A stretch of DNA of 62,188 nucleotides, the filler included, from Sphacelaria rigidula (Eukaryota), in the NCBI GenBank assembly GCA_964200075.2. It is 9 parts of 9 records of this genome, joined end to end, with 100 filler letters (N's around TTAATTAATTAA, not from the genome) between each part and the next. Parts side by side here need not be neighbours in the genome. Positions count along the whole stretch, not along the records: positions 48,448 to 55,268 come from CAXNAA020017920.1; positions 55,369 to 62,188 come from CAXNAA020017921.1; 7 more parts are not named here. One strand, written 5' to 3'. The position numbers and the translations under genes are program-made. Below, one piece after another: positions 49,139 to 61,405 of the stretch. The notes under the pieces were generated by a model. The model was not told the DNA's origin. It saw only the letters and a list, made by a program, of their open reading frames with translations, and did no database searches. Each line of letters starts with the position of its first letter. Position 1 is the stretch's first letter.

Positions 49139-52100
49139 ATGGCTTGTTGAGAACGAGAACGACATATGTGACGGCGTGCGAGGGACAAAGCTAGGCCAGC
49201 CCTTGGATATTGACTACGATGCTCTCAAGGGAGATGCCGCAGCCAGCATCGTGGATTGGGTGCCTCCGGTCTACGTGTATCGCGCAGGTGAGGCATTGAT
49301 GGCATCGGCATTCAGAAATATGACTCTACATCGGAGCAATCGCACTACCGACTTAGAGCACCTATGGGCGAGCAGTGATCGATGGTTGTTGATCCAGTGC
49401 GGTTGACGAAGTCGTGACTACATCTCGGCTAATTTATGCATGCCAAGTAAGTTGTATTTCACGCACATATGTGGAGTACTTCTTGTAAATTGCAACGTCG
49501 CCTGCTGCTAGCATATGCATGCATTGCTCAAAGCGCCCAGAGAGAGGATGAAAAAGTTATAGTTGACTGTACTCCCCGTTGGCGGCATGTAGGGCTTTCA
49601 TGGGGCTCGAAGTATAGGCGTCAAGGTGCTCGCGATAGATTATCATGCTTCCTTGGATACGTCACTTGCGTACTCTGACATTACTCATGCTATTTCACAA
49701 CACTACGGTTACTTGACGATCATACATCTTGACGGCAGACAATATACACATATCTCACAGCGTTGACTTGTGGATGTTGGAATATAACAGATACTATTGA
49801 TGAGGAGTACCCAGAGATGTGCGCGAGTACGCAATCCTCCATATCAGCAGTATACTTCTACCGGGGCAGCCACCTCCCAGAGCGCTATGGAAATAGACTC
49901 TTTGTCGGCGACTACTCCAAGGTGAGAAAGCGTATTCGACGGAGCGATGTGACCCCCTCAACGGAGTATGGTACTGGACGGTTTGAGTGGTGGCCGAGAC
50001 TGGCCAGGTGTGATATCACTGAAGTGGTGCAGGGCGTGAGGTATCCCTCTGGCGGTGAGGTACAAGAGGGGTTACCGAGACCTGAAAATATCAATTCACT
50101 CATATATACAGCGCAGGATTCAACCGAAGAGTGGTGCCATCGAAGGGATAAACTCAATAATTCCCAAGTATAGTTGCTAGGAGCCCTCTATCTCATCATC
50201 GAAAAACAAGTAATTATGAAACATTTAGGAGCACGCCGCAATCAATATCCCAATCGGCGATGGATGTCGCGAATGAATTTTGAAACGAGCATGATCTGAC
50301 ACATGTCCTTGAGTAGCTGCAAACTTTTGGAGCCACATGATGAGGAACATCCGGGCCCAAACGTGCAACCCCTACCGTGGCATGACTCAAAATATAAGAC
50401 GACGCCTTCACGGCGAATATATGCCACGGCAGGCGTGGCACCTTTGAACCCAGATTTTTCTCAGTGAGGGGCTCCTGAAGTCCGGAGCTACCTGAGAATC
50501 TGGATCAGGACTGTAATGCGTGAGAGGACCGCGTGCTTAGAGGACCGCATCGGAATTTGAACAATCCTATGGTTAGGGTTAGGGTTAGGGTTAGGGTTAG
50601 TGTTGGGGTTAGGGTCAGGGGCGTGGTACCTGCAGGGACTGATCCGATTTGTTTTGAAAAGCGTCAATCCTGAGGTGTTTTGAACTACGGCGCGGTCCTC
50701 TAAGCTCGCGGTCCTCTCACGCATTACAAGGACGTTCCCGTTTGAAACTCATTCAAGGTATTCTAGCCCATTTAGATGCTAGTCGTGGCGTGCTCTCACT
50801 TTAGAAGTCGTTTGAACAGCCGATCATCGAAGTTGAGGATGGAGCTTTTCGTTAACGATGAGATCCCGGAGGATTAAAATCTTTGTATCCGCACCGAATC
50901 TTCGAAACGTGGTTTGATTTCTGCTCCTACTGGTAGCTGTTGCCAACTGCTACACGTCCTACAAATTTGGATTTCGATAACCCGAATGTTGGGGTCTTCG
51001 ATGCAGAAAAAATGTTTGGGATTTAGGTAATCCGATCGGATCGCCGAAATTCCCCGAACAGGGTTTTTCACGTACAGCTCCAATATTTTGGTTATCGAAG
51101 TCCAAATTTGTATAACGTATTGTACTTCTTGTCAATAGCTACCAGTGGGTGAACGAATGGGACCACATTTCGTTTGAAGATTTGGTGTGGATACGAAGGT
51201 TTAAATCCTCCGGGTTCTCATCCTCAATGAACAGCTCCGTCCTCAATATCGATGGGCGGCTGTGTAATGCGTGAGAGGACCGCGTGCTTAGAGAACCGCA
51301 TCGGAATTTGAACATCCCCATGGTTTTAGGGTTAGGGTCAAGGTTAGTATTAGGGTTATGGTCAGGGACGTGGTACCAGCAGGGACTTGCCCGATTGGTT
51401 TCGAAAATCGTCGATCCTGAGGTGTTTTGAACCACGGGTCCTCTAAGCACGCGGTCCTCTCACGTATTACAGGCTATTCTTCTTTTTATGGACACTATGG
51501 TGTGATTTCCTGCCGTGGCATGACCCAGCTAGGACCAAAACGATGGGTCAATGAGAATCATTTTGATCGTGTTGGTGTTATTTGCATCCAGGGGTTTGCC
51601 GAGATATCCGCCGGCTTAATATCGCTTGACTGTGCGTCGAAAAATATGTGCTACCTTTGGACAGGATTGTGTGTGGTATTTCGACACTGACGAAGACACA
51701 GGAGCTGTGGAATGGAGCTCCCCTCATGTCCTGTTCGAAAGCCGAGCAGTCGTAGACTTCAGCACCGATCCCAAGACTGGTGAGGACGGTCAAGAGTTAA
51801 AAGGTTGTCCATCTCACTTGTAATCAAGGGAATAGGCGACCATTGAAAAATTGAAAAACACTCCGATTTTGAAGATAAACCCGTGTGACGCGTGAGACGA
51901 CCGCGTGCTTAGCGGACCGCGCCGTAGTTCAAAACACCTCAGGATCGACGTTTTTCAAAACCAATCGAGTCAGTCCCTGGAGTTACCACCCCCCTGACTA
52001 TAATCCTAATCCTAACCCTAACCCTAACCCTAACCTTAACTATAGGGATGTTCAAATTCCGGTGCGGTCCTCTAAGCACGCGGTCCTCTCACGCATTACC

Positions 52101-54537
52101 CCCGTCTACTTTGATGGGCGGAAAATATAGTATGTTGTCGACTTGTCGAATTATTGCAGGATGTACTTCTACCACTGAATGAACTCAATATTTTCCGCGT
52201 GGTGGAGTGCGTCACTGAACTGCTGGAAGTCAGACAGAATGAATCCCTTCATGTATTGAACAATGACCGGTGACACGGCTGAGTTTGGGTCTGCCTATAA
52301 GCCACCCCATACACCACTCAACACCTCATAAAAGGGGTGCTCAGGAAGATTACCTTTGTCACCTATTACTATCGAGCTGTTTATTTGTGTGGCTGTTTGT
52401 GGTGATGGTGGGTCCAATAGCTCTGTAGTAGATCACCAATAACCGGAGTAGGGTGACTTGGAGATGTGCCATATATATATATATATATATATATGTATAT
52501 TGCTTCGGCTGTCAATTTGCGTCTCGTAAAGCCGTGTATCGTGCGAGTAGGGTACAGTGGTTACGTAGAGGGTAGAACAACATCATAGACTTCTTTGGTG
52601 GCCACCGATTAACAGTGACACCTGTCGACGTCTCGCTCACTAGCGACGGTTACTCAATAAGATGAGGTAGAAACGACCGAGAGAAAAATGGACATCGACT
52701 GAAAGAATTCAAGTATACCTAAGACTACAAGTTCATAACTTGATGACTAGTTGAATCCTTTGATTGGTCATGGGTACCAACTGTAATGCGTGAGAGGATC
52801 GCGTGCTCAGAGGACCGCGCCGTATTTCCAAATACCTCAGGATCGACGTATTTCGAAACCAATCGAGTTAGTCCCTGCAGGTACCACGCCCCTGACACTA
52901 ACTCCAACACTAACCCTAACCCTAACCCTAACCCTAACCATACTGGTGTTCAAATTCCGGTGCGGTCCTCTAAGCACGCGGTCCTCTCACGCATTACACC
53001 ATCAACAGTAGTTTTTTTTCGCGGTCCTTGAGGTCAACGGAAAACACACCGCGGAATGATGGACAGAGAAGGAGAACCTATTACACAGCGATTGAACGAA
53101 AATGAGCGAATGGTTGGGATTTTTCATCAAAACGAGTCCAACTTTCAGGACCAAAAGTACACGATTCGTCGTTCTCTCGCCCCATGTCATTTAGACCCAT
53201 CCAGCAAGCGATGGCTAATGAGGGTTGCTTGCAAAACACGAAACTATATCACTTGGGAGGAAACGATAGCTGTACGACTCTATGATCAAGAAAAATCAAA
53301 TGGTATATTCAGGTCAGGACAGTGGCAAAACGTGTTGACCGGAAATCCACTCCCTACTAAATCTATGCTATTTCCACACCTCCGTGCCTCAAGCAGTGAG
53401 GACTGTACTGCTTGACAGGACCGGGTGCTTAGAGGACCGCATCGGAATTTGAATACCCCTGTGGCTAGGGTTAGGATTAGGGTTAGTGTTGGGGTTAGGG
53501 TCAGGGGCGTGGTACCTGCAGGGACTGGCCCGATTGGTTTTGAAAAACGTCGATCCTGAGGTATTTTGAAGTACGGCGCGGTCCTCTAAGCACGCGGTCC
53601 TCTCATGCATTGCAGGGATAATCCATCACAATATTTGTTTTACAGATCGCAAACCTTTACAACGCTAGAGAGCGAAGATACTCATGCATGGGTTTAGTAT
53701 TGGCCGACTAGACTCTGGTCCTACTTATTATTGTTGCTTAGCGCAGTACTGCTACAGGAGAGGAGAACGAGCATTTCCCATTCCATGTCTTTCGTAAGCA
53801 TGTTGTGTCGCTTCCATCCCTGCTGACCTTGTCGGTGCGAATTCCCCCGTGCTCCTCAGGTATCTTGTACGCAGTGGACGCAAAATTCCACATTTTAATC
53901 AAGATATCCGCCGTGGGAGGTACGGTAGGGCCATCTGGACCGAACGTTGTTCTCGAGGCCGACCTTTCCTCTGGGCCGGTGAGAATAACGACAACTCCAT
54001 GTTGCATGCTTGAGACGCACCAAAGATCGCAGTATCGTGCTCAGAGAACCTCTGCATAAACACCCAGTTTTACGGGGCATTCTTGAGACACGCCACTCGT
54101 CTCTGTAAGTGAGATGGTAGATAGTACTTCACCATATATTCAATTGTTGATGGTATTCGCCACGCATTATGAGTATCAAATACCAACCGTTCGTTCGAAG
54201 CGCGAATATATGGACTCGCTCCCTGGATAATAGTCGCTCATTCTTTCGCGTACAGGACAGGTATGACCCTTCGTATCGTCATCATGGGCAGCAGACGAAA
54301 CTCACTGCGGTTTTGTTTTTTCTACGGAATGACGTCAACTTGCAGGTCCCCCTCAAGGTTACTCTGAGTGCGGGGTCCTCCAATCCGAGCGGCATAGTTT
54401 CCTTGAAATGGGACTGCGACGGAGACGGGGTATTCGAGGCAGAGAGTAAATGGACACCTGCGGCAGGAAGAGCACACATTTGCACCTTCGGGGAGAGCGG
54501 GGTTTTCGATGCCAGCGTACAAGCCATCAGCGCAGAG
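49139..54537 (+). CDS. Glucose/sorbosone (PQQ-dependent sugar) dehydrogenase-like beta-propeller + PKD domain, partial; exons 49139-49287, 49791-49921, 51665-51779, 53860-53978, 54346-54537
   Basis: All introns are GT-AG with consistent phases (1,0,1,0). PPVYVY...SSISAVYFYRGSHLPERYGNRLFVGDYSK and VDFSTDPKTGILYAVD match the GSDH C-terminal blades; SGPVPLKVTLSAGSS...WDCDGDG...TFGESGVFDASV matches a PKD fold. Confidence 0.85.
50512..50728 (-). mobile_element. Telomeric-repeat MITE, copy B (217 bp), TSD AGGAC/AGGAC
   Basis: 37-bp TIR TGTAATGCGTGAGAGGACCGCGTGCTTAGAGGACCGC; internal (TTAGGG)n. Confidence 0.95.
50815..51478. mobile_element. AACAGCCG foldback MITE with its right TIR interrupted by telomeric MITE copy C
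   Basis: Collinear with 45863-46304; terminal GGCTG duplicated as GGCTA after the insert and followed by the final TT. Confidence 0.85.
51263..51471 (-). mobile_element. Telomeric-repeat MITE, copy C (209 bp), TSD GGCTG/GGCTA
   Basis: Same TIRs with small deletions; degenerate TTAGGG tract. Confidence 0.92.
51884..52100 (+). mobile_element. Telomeric-repeat MITE, copy D (217 bp)
   Basis: TGTGACGCGTGAG...CGCATTACC; (CCCTAA)n; flanks ACCCG/CCCGT, so TSD length is ambiguous (4 or 5 bp). Confidence 0.92.
52782..52998 (+). mobile_element. Telomeric-repeat MITE, copy E (217 bp), TSD CCAAC/CCATC
   Basis: TGTAATGCG...CGCATTACA; (CCCTAA)n. Confidence 0.95.
53404..53614 (-). mobile_element. Telomeric-repeat MITE, copy F (211 bp, one hexamer shorter), flanks AGGAC/GGGAT
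   Basis: TGTACTGC...GCATTGCA; TTAGGG-like tract. Confidence 0.92.
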
Positions 54538-54837
54538 GTATACGACGGAAGGATATTCGTGTTTCGTTGTCTTAGTGTCATTTTCCCATACGAGCTACGA
54601 TTCCAATAGCGCATCATTTTGCGTGTAGTGGCGTCGTTGGTGTGAAAGTACGCCAGCGAGTGTTTCCCCATCTGTTGGGTGAGCAATATATGATTGTTCT
54701 GTCTCGTTTTTGCGCGATCGGTGATTGAGAGCCTCTGTCAAAAGTGCGTTTGGAGACACCCGAGACTAGTCGCATGGCCTTGGGTCCTGTACGGTCCCTT
54801 TCTGAAGACTCGGGAGGAACTTCCCACGGGGAGAAGA

Positions 54838-54868
<31 letters not shown>

Positions 54869-55368
54869 CGGCGCCGTTCTTGAGCCTGATATTCCTGTTA
54901 TTGTATCGTGTTTTATGCTCCTGTCTTCATCTCTTTCACTTTGGTATATACTCGATATTTTGTTTGATCGGGCGGTTCCCTTCACCGACCGTACGTCAGG
55001 TGTATTTCATCGTGACCACCGCTGGATTCGTACCAGATCGGTGCGTGTATGATAAAACAATCAATGTTCTGGAGCGATCTATGTATCACCCGCATTGGGA
55101 AAGCGAGCCGATCTAACACTCGTTGATACACTGATCAAATGCTGTCCATGTTTCACAGGTGACACTTTCTACGATCCCCCCCCCCCAAAAAAAAAAAAAA
55201 AAAAGCATGGGGCGGGGGGGGGAAAGGGGCGGGGGAAGGGGAAGGGGGAAAGGGGGGGGGGCGAAGGANNNNNNNNNNNNNNNNNNNNNNNNNNNNNNNN
55301 NNNNNNNNNNNNTTAATTAATTAANNNNNNNNNNNNNNNNNNNNNNNNNNNNNNNNNNNNNNNNNNNN

Positions 55369-55444
55369 GCTCCGGGAATCGAACCCCACAACTCAGCCAT
55401 GAGAAGGTTATGAGGTGACCAACTGAGCCACTGGAGCGACCGGC
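55369..55444 (-). mobile_element. tRNA-like SINE head (contig edge)
   Basis: Reverse complement GCCGGTCGCTCCAGTGGCTCAGTTGG...GGTTCGATTCCCGGAGC contains A and B boxes; same 5' leader as the SINE. Confidence 0.75.
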
Positions 55445-55470
55445 CTGTAGTACTAGTTGTATTGAACAGC

Positions 55471-55823
55471 TGTGTGTTTGTTGTCGTCCGATCTATTCTG
55501 GACGCCAGTCTACACCTGTCGGTATATATGGGCGCACCAGCCGTGGTCACACAGGAGGAAGGTCAACACAGTAGCTTTTTATTTTTTGTTTGTTTAGGTC
55601 TCCACCTTTCGTCTGCGGTGCTTGCCTTTATTTCCACCGTGAGAGAGGTTCAGCAGTCCCTTTCCCTCGTCGATCGTCAAGTCGAATTTTATATACCCAC
55701 GACATGGTCATTCTCCACTGTTGGGCATGGTGTGAGAAAAAATCCCATATCGCTCCGACATTTGAACCCGCGACCCAACCGTCAGAAGGTTTCGAGGTTA
55801 CCAACTGAGCCACCGGAGCGACC
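55471..55823 (-). mobile_element. tRNA-derived SINE, full copy
   Basis: Reverse complement of 25054-25408 throughout. Confidence 0.88.
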
Positions 55824-56681
55824 AAGTGACAGCTAGCTGAGTTGATCGGGAAAGCATGGGACATGTGTCATATCATGGCAAAGGATGGATATCTCGATAC
55901 ACACGAACGTGCACCAAAAATCATTCAGTGAGCAGATATCCGCTGGAGGAATACCTATGCTCCATCATGAGTACAACTCCCGGATCGTAATGTTGCTGTT
56001 CAATATTAGTGAGGAGGGCAAGTCTTACTGGGGTGATCATAATTACGGGTCTGAGCGACAGGAAGTGCGAAGTACCGAAAACACGAAATTTTCCTTGGCA
56101 GTACGCCAGGATACTGCCACCCTACTTTGCTGCTGGAGGGCGATATGTCTTTGGCAAACTTGATTCGTTGGCGATGCATTGCTTCACGGAGGACCTTCGT
56201 ATCTGGAATCAATCGCCGTACTTGTTCCAGAGAGCCGCTCCTCTGCGCCTTTAGCGTCGTGCATCGTGCCCTGAGCTACGCACCATCTGCCCTGCCAGAT
56301 GTGTGCCATCTCCCTGTCATGACTGGCAGCTGGGATGCTGTGCGAGCTTTAGACCGGGCTTACACCGAGGTATGCATGGTATGGATGAGTGCTAAAGCCT
56401 GGTTGTTGTTATGGTGCAATTGAGTGGTCTTTTTCTGTGTTTATGTTGGTAGCGATTGGGCGCGAGGGTGTATCATGCAGATGGATCCTCTACACTACAC
56501 CAGGGCAATGAAATGTACTATCGACCTGGGGTGTGGACGCCGGCGTGTTGAGCCCCTTCAACTAGTGGTGCGGATAGTACAGAGTAGTGTAAATCAAGCT
56601 ATGCATTGCGAGAAACGACACCATGATGCAGTGTGATGTATACTAGATGCCATATACGAGATTTCGCTGCACAATCCTCAC

Positions 56682-58424
56682 CTCCACGGGCCGACACCGG
56701 TTTACCCGCAAGACCGCATTTCGGAACAGCATCACCGGCTGACAACCCCGCGGATGACTGGGAAACGGATGGAGAGTGGCAGGTATAGGAAACATACCGA
56801 ATCAATATACCCACAAGAGTGTCGTTTTGGAGGGTTTAGTATGGGCGCAGAAGATGCTAAGGCGAATTAAAACAGAGGATTTCACGTGCGTCGCGTTCAC
56901 GTACGTCCGGTTCATGGTGCCAATGTGCTCAGGTGCAGCTGCGGGGATTTGTGTCAAGGCTTGCCCTCCTCGGAAAAACCCTTCCAAAACACAGCACGAA
57001 AAACAGTAGTGCTTGTGACTGGCTGCAAGATTGTAACTAACTGAGAAGTTTCTTTTTGGGCCTCAGACACTTCGATAGCAGGGATGTACATCACTACCGG
57101 TTTGATTGGGTGATTTGATGTCATTGCGCACTTTAACCCTTTTGGGACTGAAGCTCAATGACAAGGGGTTCATCATGTATTTGTAAAACAATACAAGAAT
57201 CGAACGGGGCCGCCTATCGGCGGCCTCGTCCTCCACGATAGGGGTGGAAAGGAAGTAATTTAATTTGGGAGATGGTGAAGGCAACGACTACTACCAAGAG
57301 GTTGAGCCAAAGATTGGATGTCTGTATCGGTTATGAAACTATGTTATATGTGATGGGTAGAAGATGGAAGATCCGGCAAGGGCGTAATGTTTGACCCGTT
57401 TGTTCGTGCATTTTTTCACCCCTTCAAACGCAACACTGTTAGAGGTGCTAATCGGGGTCAAAAACGTGTCCGGGCTGTTCGAGGAAATCACAACAACCAC
57501 GGACAAAAATTCCCCTTTTCCTTTCATGTCTTGGGATGCTCCGCCCAACTACACTTGACTTTACAATCGAATCTCTTGACGGGTTGATCGCGCGCGCAGT
57601 CAACACCCTCCCTGTTCACACCCTAAATCCTGCTGCTGACCATCCGCACGCAGCCCATGGCGAGCTCCTTATCCTCCATCTTTGGAGGCCCACACCCTAA
57701 ACCTGAAAAAAACATATAATCTGAAAATAATTTCCGGCTTACTGATTCTGCGGGACGTGCCCTGAAATGAAGCCTGCAGTGCAGTGCATTGGGGTTGTGC
57801 GCACCCAACGCAACAACCGGCGCTCGAATCGCGCACGTGACCGTGGAGAACCACCTGGATTAAACCTATCCCTCGATGTAGTATGTCCTGAGCAACGCAA
57901 CGTGCCCAATAAATTCAAGTGAAAAATTATCACAGCCAGAAGGGGCTCGGGGGGAAACGTCGGGGAGCAGATCTGAATCGGTCGCGGAGTAACTTTACCT
58001 CAGTGCGTACGCATGTGCAAAGATGATACCCTCAGACATTTTTTGCTGAGAAAAGCCCCGCCGCATGTGTACACAGCCACATAAGGAACCCAAGGTAAAA
58101 AGCATTGCGTGTACTGGAGTAGACAACATCATGGTGACCGAATTGTGCTCTCTTCGTCTGTGGTGTTGATTGTATCGGTACCGCCATGTTCGCCGTACCG
58201 CGGTACAGCAGCCTCCGTCCGCTGCGACTTGAGTTTGTACATTGGGAATACACCAACAAATGTCTCCCACCCTACACTCAACCCAGGGTCGGGCATATTT
58301 CGTGCTGGCATACTTTTCACTTGAAAAATGGTTACCAAACCCAAATGATCTAAACGGGTGTCGGAAAGTTCAACTTTAGAGCCGGTCATGTGTGGGAAGA
58401 GGCGACCGTCCCCAGAGATTTTGA
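56682..58424 (-). CDS. Candidate spliced gene of unknown function; exons 58424-58182, 57702-57641, 56757-56682
   Basis: Pyrimidine-rich AG acceptors (TTTTTTTCAG, TTTCCCAG), GT donors, in-phase stop-free joins; no domain recognised. Confidence 0.35.
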
Positions 58425-60483
58425 CTTGAAGAAATGAACACAAGACATCATCCTGGGTATCAAGCATCACTTTTTGAGGGGGCGGCAAGAGGTGACGATC
58501 TCCAAAGGAGTACTCCGATACTCGACGATACCCACAGAAGAAGGGAGGAATGCGGCGGGGGGCACAGAGAAGATAACATTGTGCTGTACTGCGCTGTGCT
58601 GTACTGATTGTACTTTGCCGTACGGTGCACTTCGGCGTTGTCTATTTATACAGAGAGCAGCCATCGCATGATGGGTCAGTTGTGTTGGTTATGGGCGAAC
58701 TATTTACTTCAAAAATGAATCCCTTCCGCAGTCGAAGGACTTCATTTGCAACTGAAGGCAGGAAGGGATGACGGTGTCGGAGAATTTCGTGTCATCTGAT
58801 CCCATAGACGAACGGAACGAACGCAACGGGTGGGAGAGAGAAGACAACACTTTACTGTAATGAAAAGCATTGCACTGCTGCACTTCACTGTGCGTTTTCG
58901 ATTGGCTTTGTCTCGACCTATACAGAGGGGCACCCCCAGGGCGGGTCATCTGTGTTGCATTGTCACAGTTTTGACGTGAAAATAAATGATGAACAGACCG
59001 TACCGGCGATGCAATGCAGCAGGGACGTGTGCGTGTCATGGGTGCAGATGGCCTTCTGCGCTTCTTTTCCCAACCGACCGGGCGGCCCATTCGCTTCTTC
59101 GCCAATCGACTGGGTGGATCATTCCCATCTCATCGGCTTGGGCGATTTTCCGTCAGGAAGATCCCGGACACTGTGTGCCAAAATTTCCTATATATTCAGG
59201 CCCCGATTAGCATGTCTAACAGTGACGCTCTTTTTGAGTTCTGGTGTCTCCTGTGTTCATCCAGTATGCGTGTAAATAATCAAATTTCCGTTTTTCAAAA
59301 TGAAAGTGACAGAGCCACCATCAGAACTCCGCGTATTGCCTGATACGCGCATACTTTGAGGCACTGACAGCTTGGGTCGAAGGTGGAATCTCGCCTTCGT
59401 CGAAGGTGAACGGTGATGAGAAATATTGCACTATCTCATGAAGCCTTAAAAAATGAAAAATGAGGCAGGGTGACGTGGAGCTGAAGGGGTTGGTGAAGTG
59501 TACTGTTTTCAGAATCGGGTGAATTTCCCCGCTTCGTTTCCGAGGTTAGAGGTAATCTTACTTACCCATAATAAACAAGTCTGGGAGCGACCTGCGCAAT
59601 CAGGGCGAGGCGAAATTTATCGACCACATCCGAACGACCAGTGGCGGAGACTGTCGCCGGGAGTGATGTCACTGCCAAGTTGGTGTGTGTGCCCTGTCCC
59701 TGGCCCACAAAAAAGCCTTCGAAGCAAAGAAAAGTTCAAGTGTTCAGGGCTCGGATTCCCGATTTTTCATTTTTTGCTCGCATTTTATATAGGCCCGACC
59801 TCCACTCCCCCGATTGCTTCTTGGGTCACCATCCTGTTGTAAAACCTAGTCGATTACACTAACACGTGGTGCTCGGGGGAAAATTCGGGAGTAAGTGTAA
59901 CCTACTATTAATATATATATGTAGTCATGTTCACAAGGCGACTGAATCTAGCAACCCTGTGGGACGAGAGACGGAGCTGGAGGCATGAGTTCTGCGTATC
60001 CCTCTGTCGGAGCGGTACAAGCGGCGGTGAGGTCGTATGTAATCGATGGGAACTAACAAGCTGTGTCTAGGCAGCTGATCTCCGTCGCGGAGAAGTGCCC
60101 AGAACATGTGAGCGAGTATGCAGCAGCAGCTACTGCTGCATTCGAAGAGGCGTACTGTACTGTATCTGCGGCGCAACGCCCATGCCGTTCGAAGAGACTT
60201 TACCACTTGCAACAAGGAGGGAAATCGCGGCCCACCCTGACCACAAGGGGCTGTGACAAGGTGATTAAGACCGTATCCAAGGCCACAATTGGCGGGCGGC
60301 GGTTGCCACATCCTGCTGAAAGCTCTCCACAGCGATTCATACTGCTTGATACATCTGTACATTACCTGATGCGCACAACACCCGAACTATAATACAGACA
60401 ACTTGTACCTGCACCTGAAAATAGATTGAATGAAACTTTCGGCCTTCCTCTAACCCTGCGGTTATATACATCCGTGAATTTTT

Positions 60484-61405
60484 CAGGGATGTGCATTACC
60501 GGTTACCGGTAATTATCGGTAATGAGGTGGGGGGGTAGGTAACATGGTATTTCTCGGGTACTCTTCCGGGTTTTCAGTGACGGTGCCCCCGCATACCCCC
60601 TTGTCACCACCAGGGGGCCCCTGCCAAAGTGAAGGGTTGGAGCGTAGTGGAATCTGCGGTTTGTGTATCGGTACGAATCGTTACATAGTGCAACGGATCA
60701 AGCTGCCGGATGACAGCGAAGCTGGAACCGGATTCAGCGTAGTCGGGAAAATGAGTGGCACCATGTACTAAGAGGAATAAGAAGGGCACATGCATGAGGA
60801 CGTAGTAAAAACAACAGTACAGTACAGTACAGCCTTCATTCAGCAATATCTTCAAGCAGCGCAGCAGGCGATTTCGTTTGCCATCCCTCCCACCCAGCGG
60901 GGGAAGTAGAACCGTGGTAACCACGGAGGATAGCGGAATGCGTTTCTTGCAGTTATACGCGAACGAGTGTCAGATATTTTATGGGCGTGCGGTGCACAAG
61001 GGGCACCAAAATGTAAAAATGCTATTCAAGATGGAGACGATATACCGTCTCTATCTTTAGTTCGGGATTAGTAGCATTTCGCACCCTTTCCTTGCATATG
61101 CTTGCCGAGGAAAATTTGACAAAATTGTCCCAGATTCACAAGGGGAGCAAATTCGAAAATTCCACACAGCACACAGCACACCAGCACACAGAGCACACGG
61201 CAAATAGCACTCGACAACCACGTTTTTACATTTTCACGCCGAGAAACGCGCAGAACATAGCAACACAGCGAGACACGGAACCCCCGGGGATGCGGCACTT
61301 TCGTCCCATCGCGGTAGCGGTAATTACCGGTAGGTAACACCAAAACTTGATTTGAGATAATTACCGGTAGGTAACATGGAACATCCGGGGTAATGCACAT
61401 CCCTG
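60484..61405. mobile_element. Non-autonomous hAT element (922 bp)
   Basis: Perfect 17-bp TIR CAGGGATGTGCATTACC; TSD GAATTTTT/GGATTTTT; subterminal TTACCGGT repeats at both ends. Confidence 0.9.

Noticed and set aside
48448..53614. True telomere or CRISPR-like repeat-spacer array
   Set aside because: The TTAGGG tracts are short, internal to TIR elements in mixed orientation, irregularly spaced and interleaved with exons.
55369..55444. Functional tRNA gene
   Set aside because: A/B boxes and an acceptor-like stem are present, but the D and anticodon arms pair poorly and it carries the SINE 5' leader; it is a SINE head.
58395..58424. RAG1/Transib-like catalytic motif from VKISGDG
   Set aside because: A seven-residue resemblance only; the downstream sequence shows no supporting transposase motifs.
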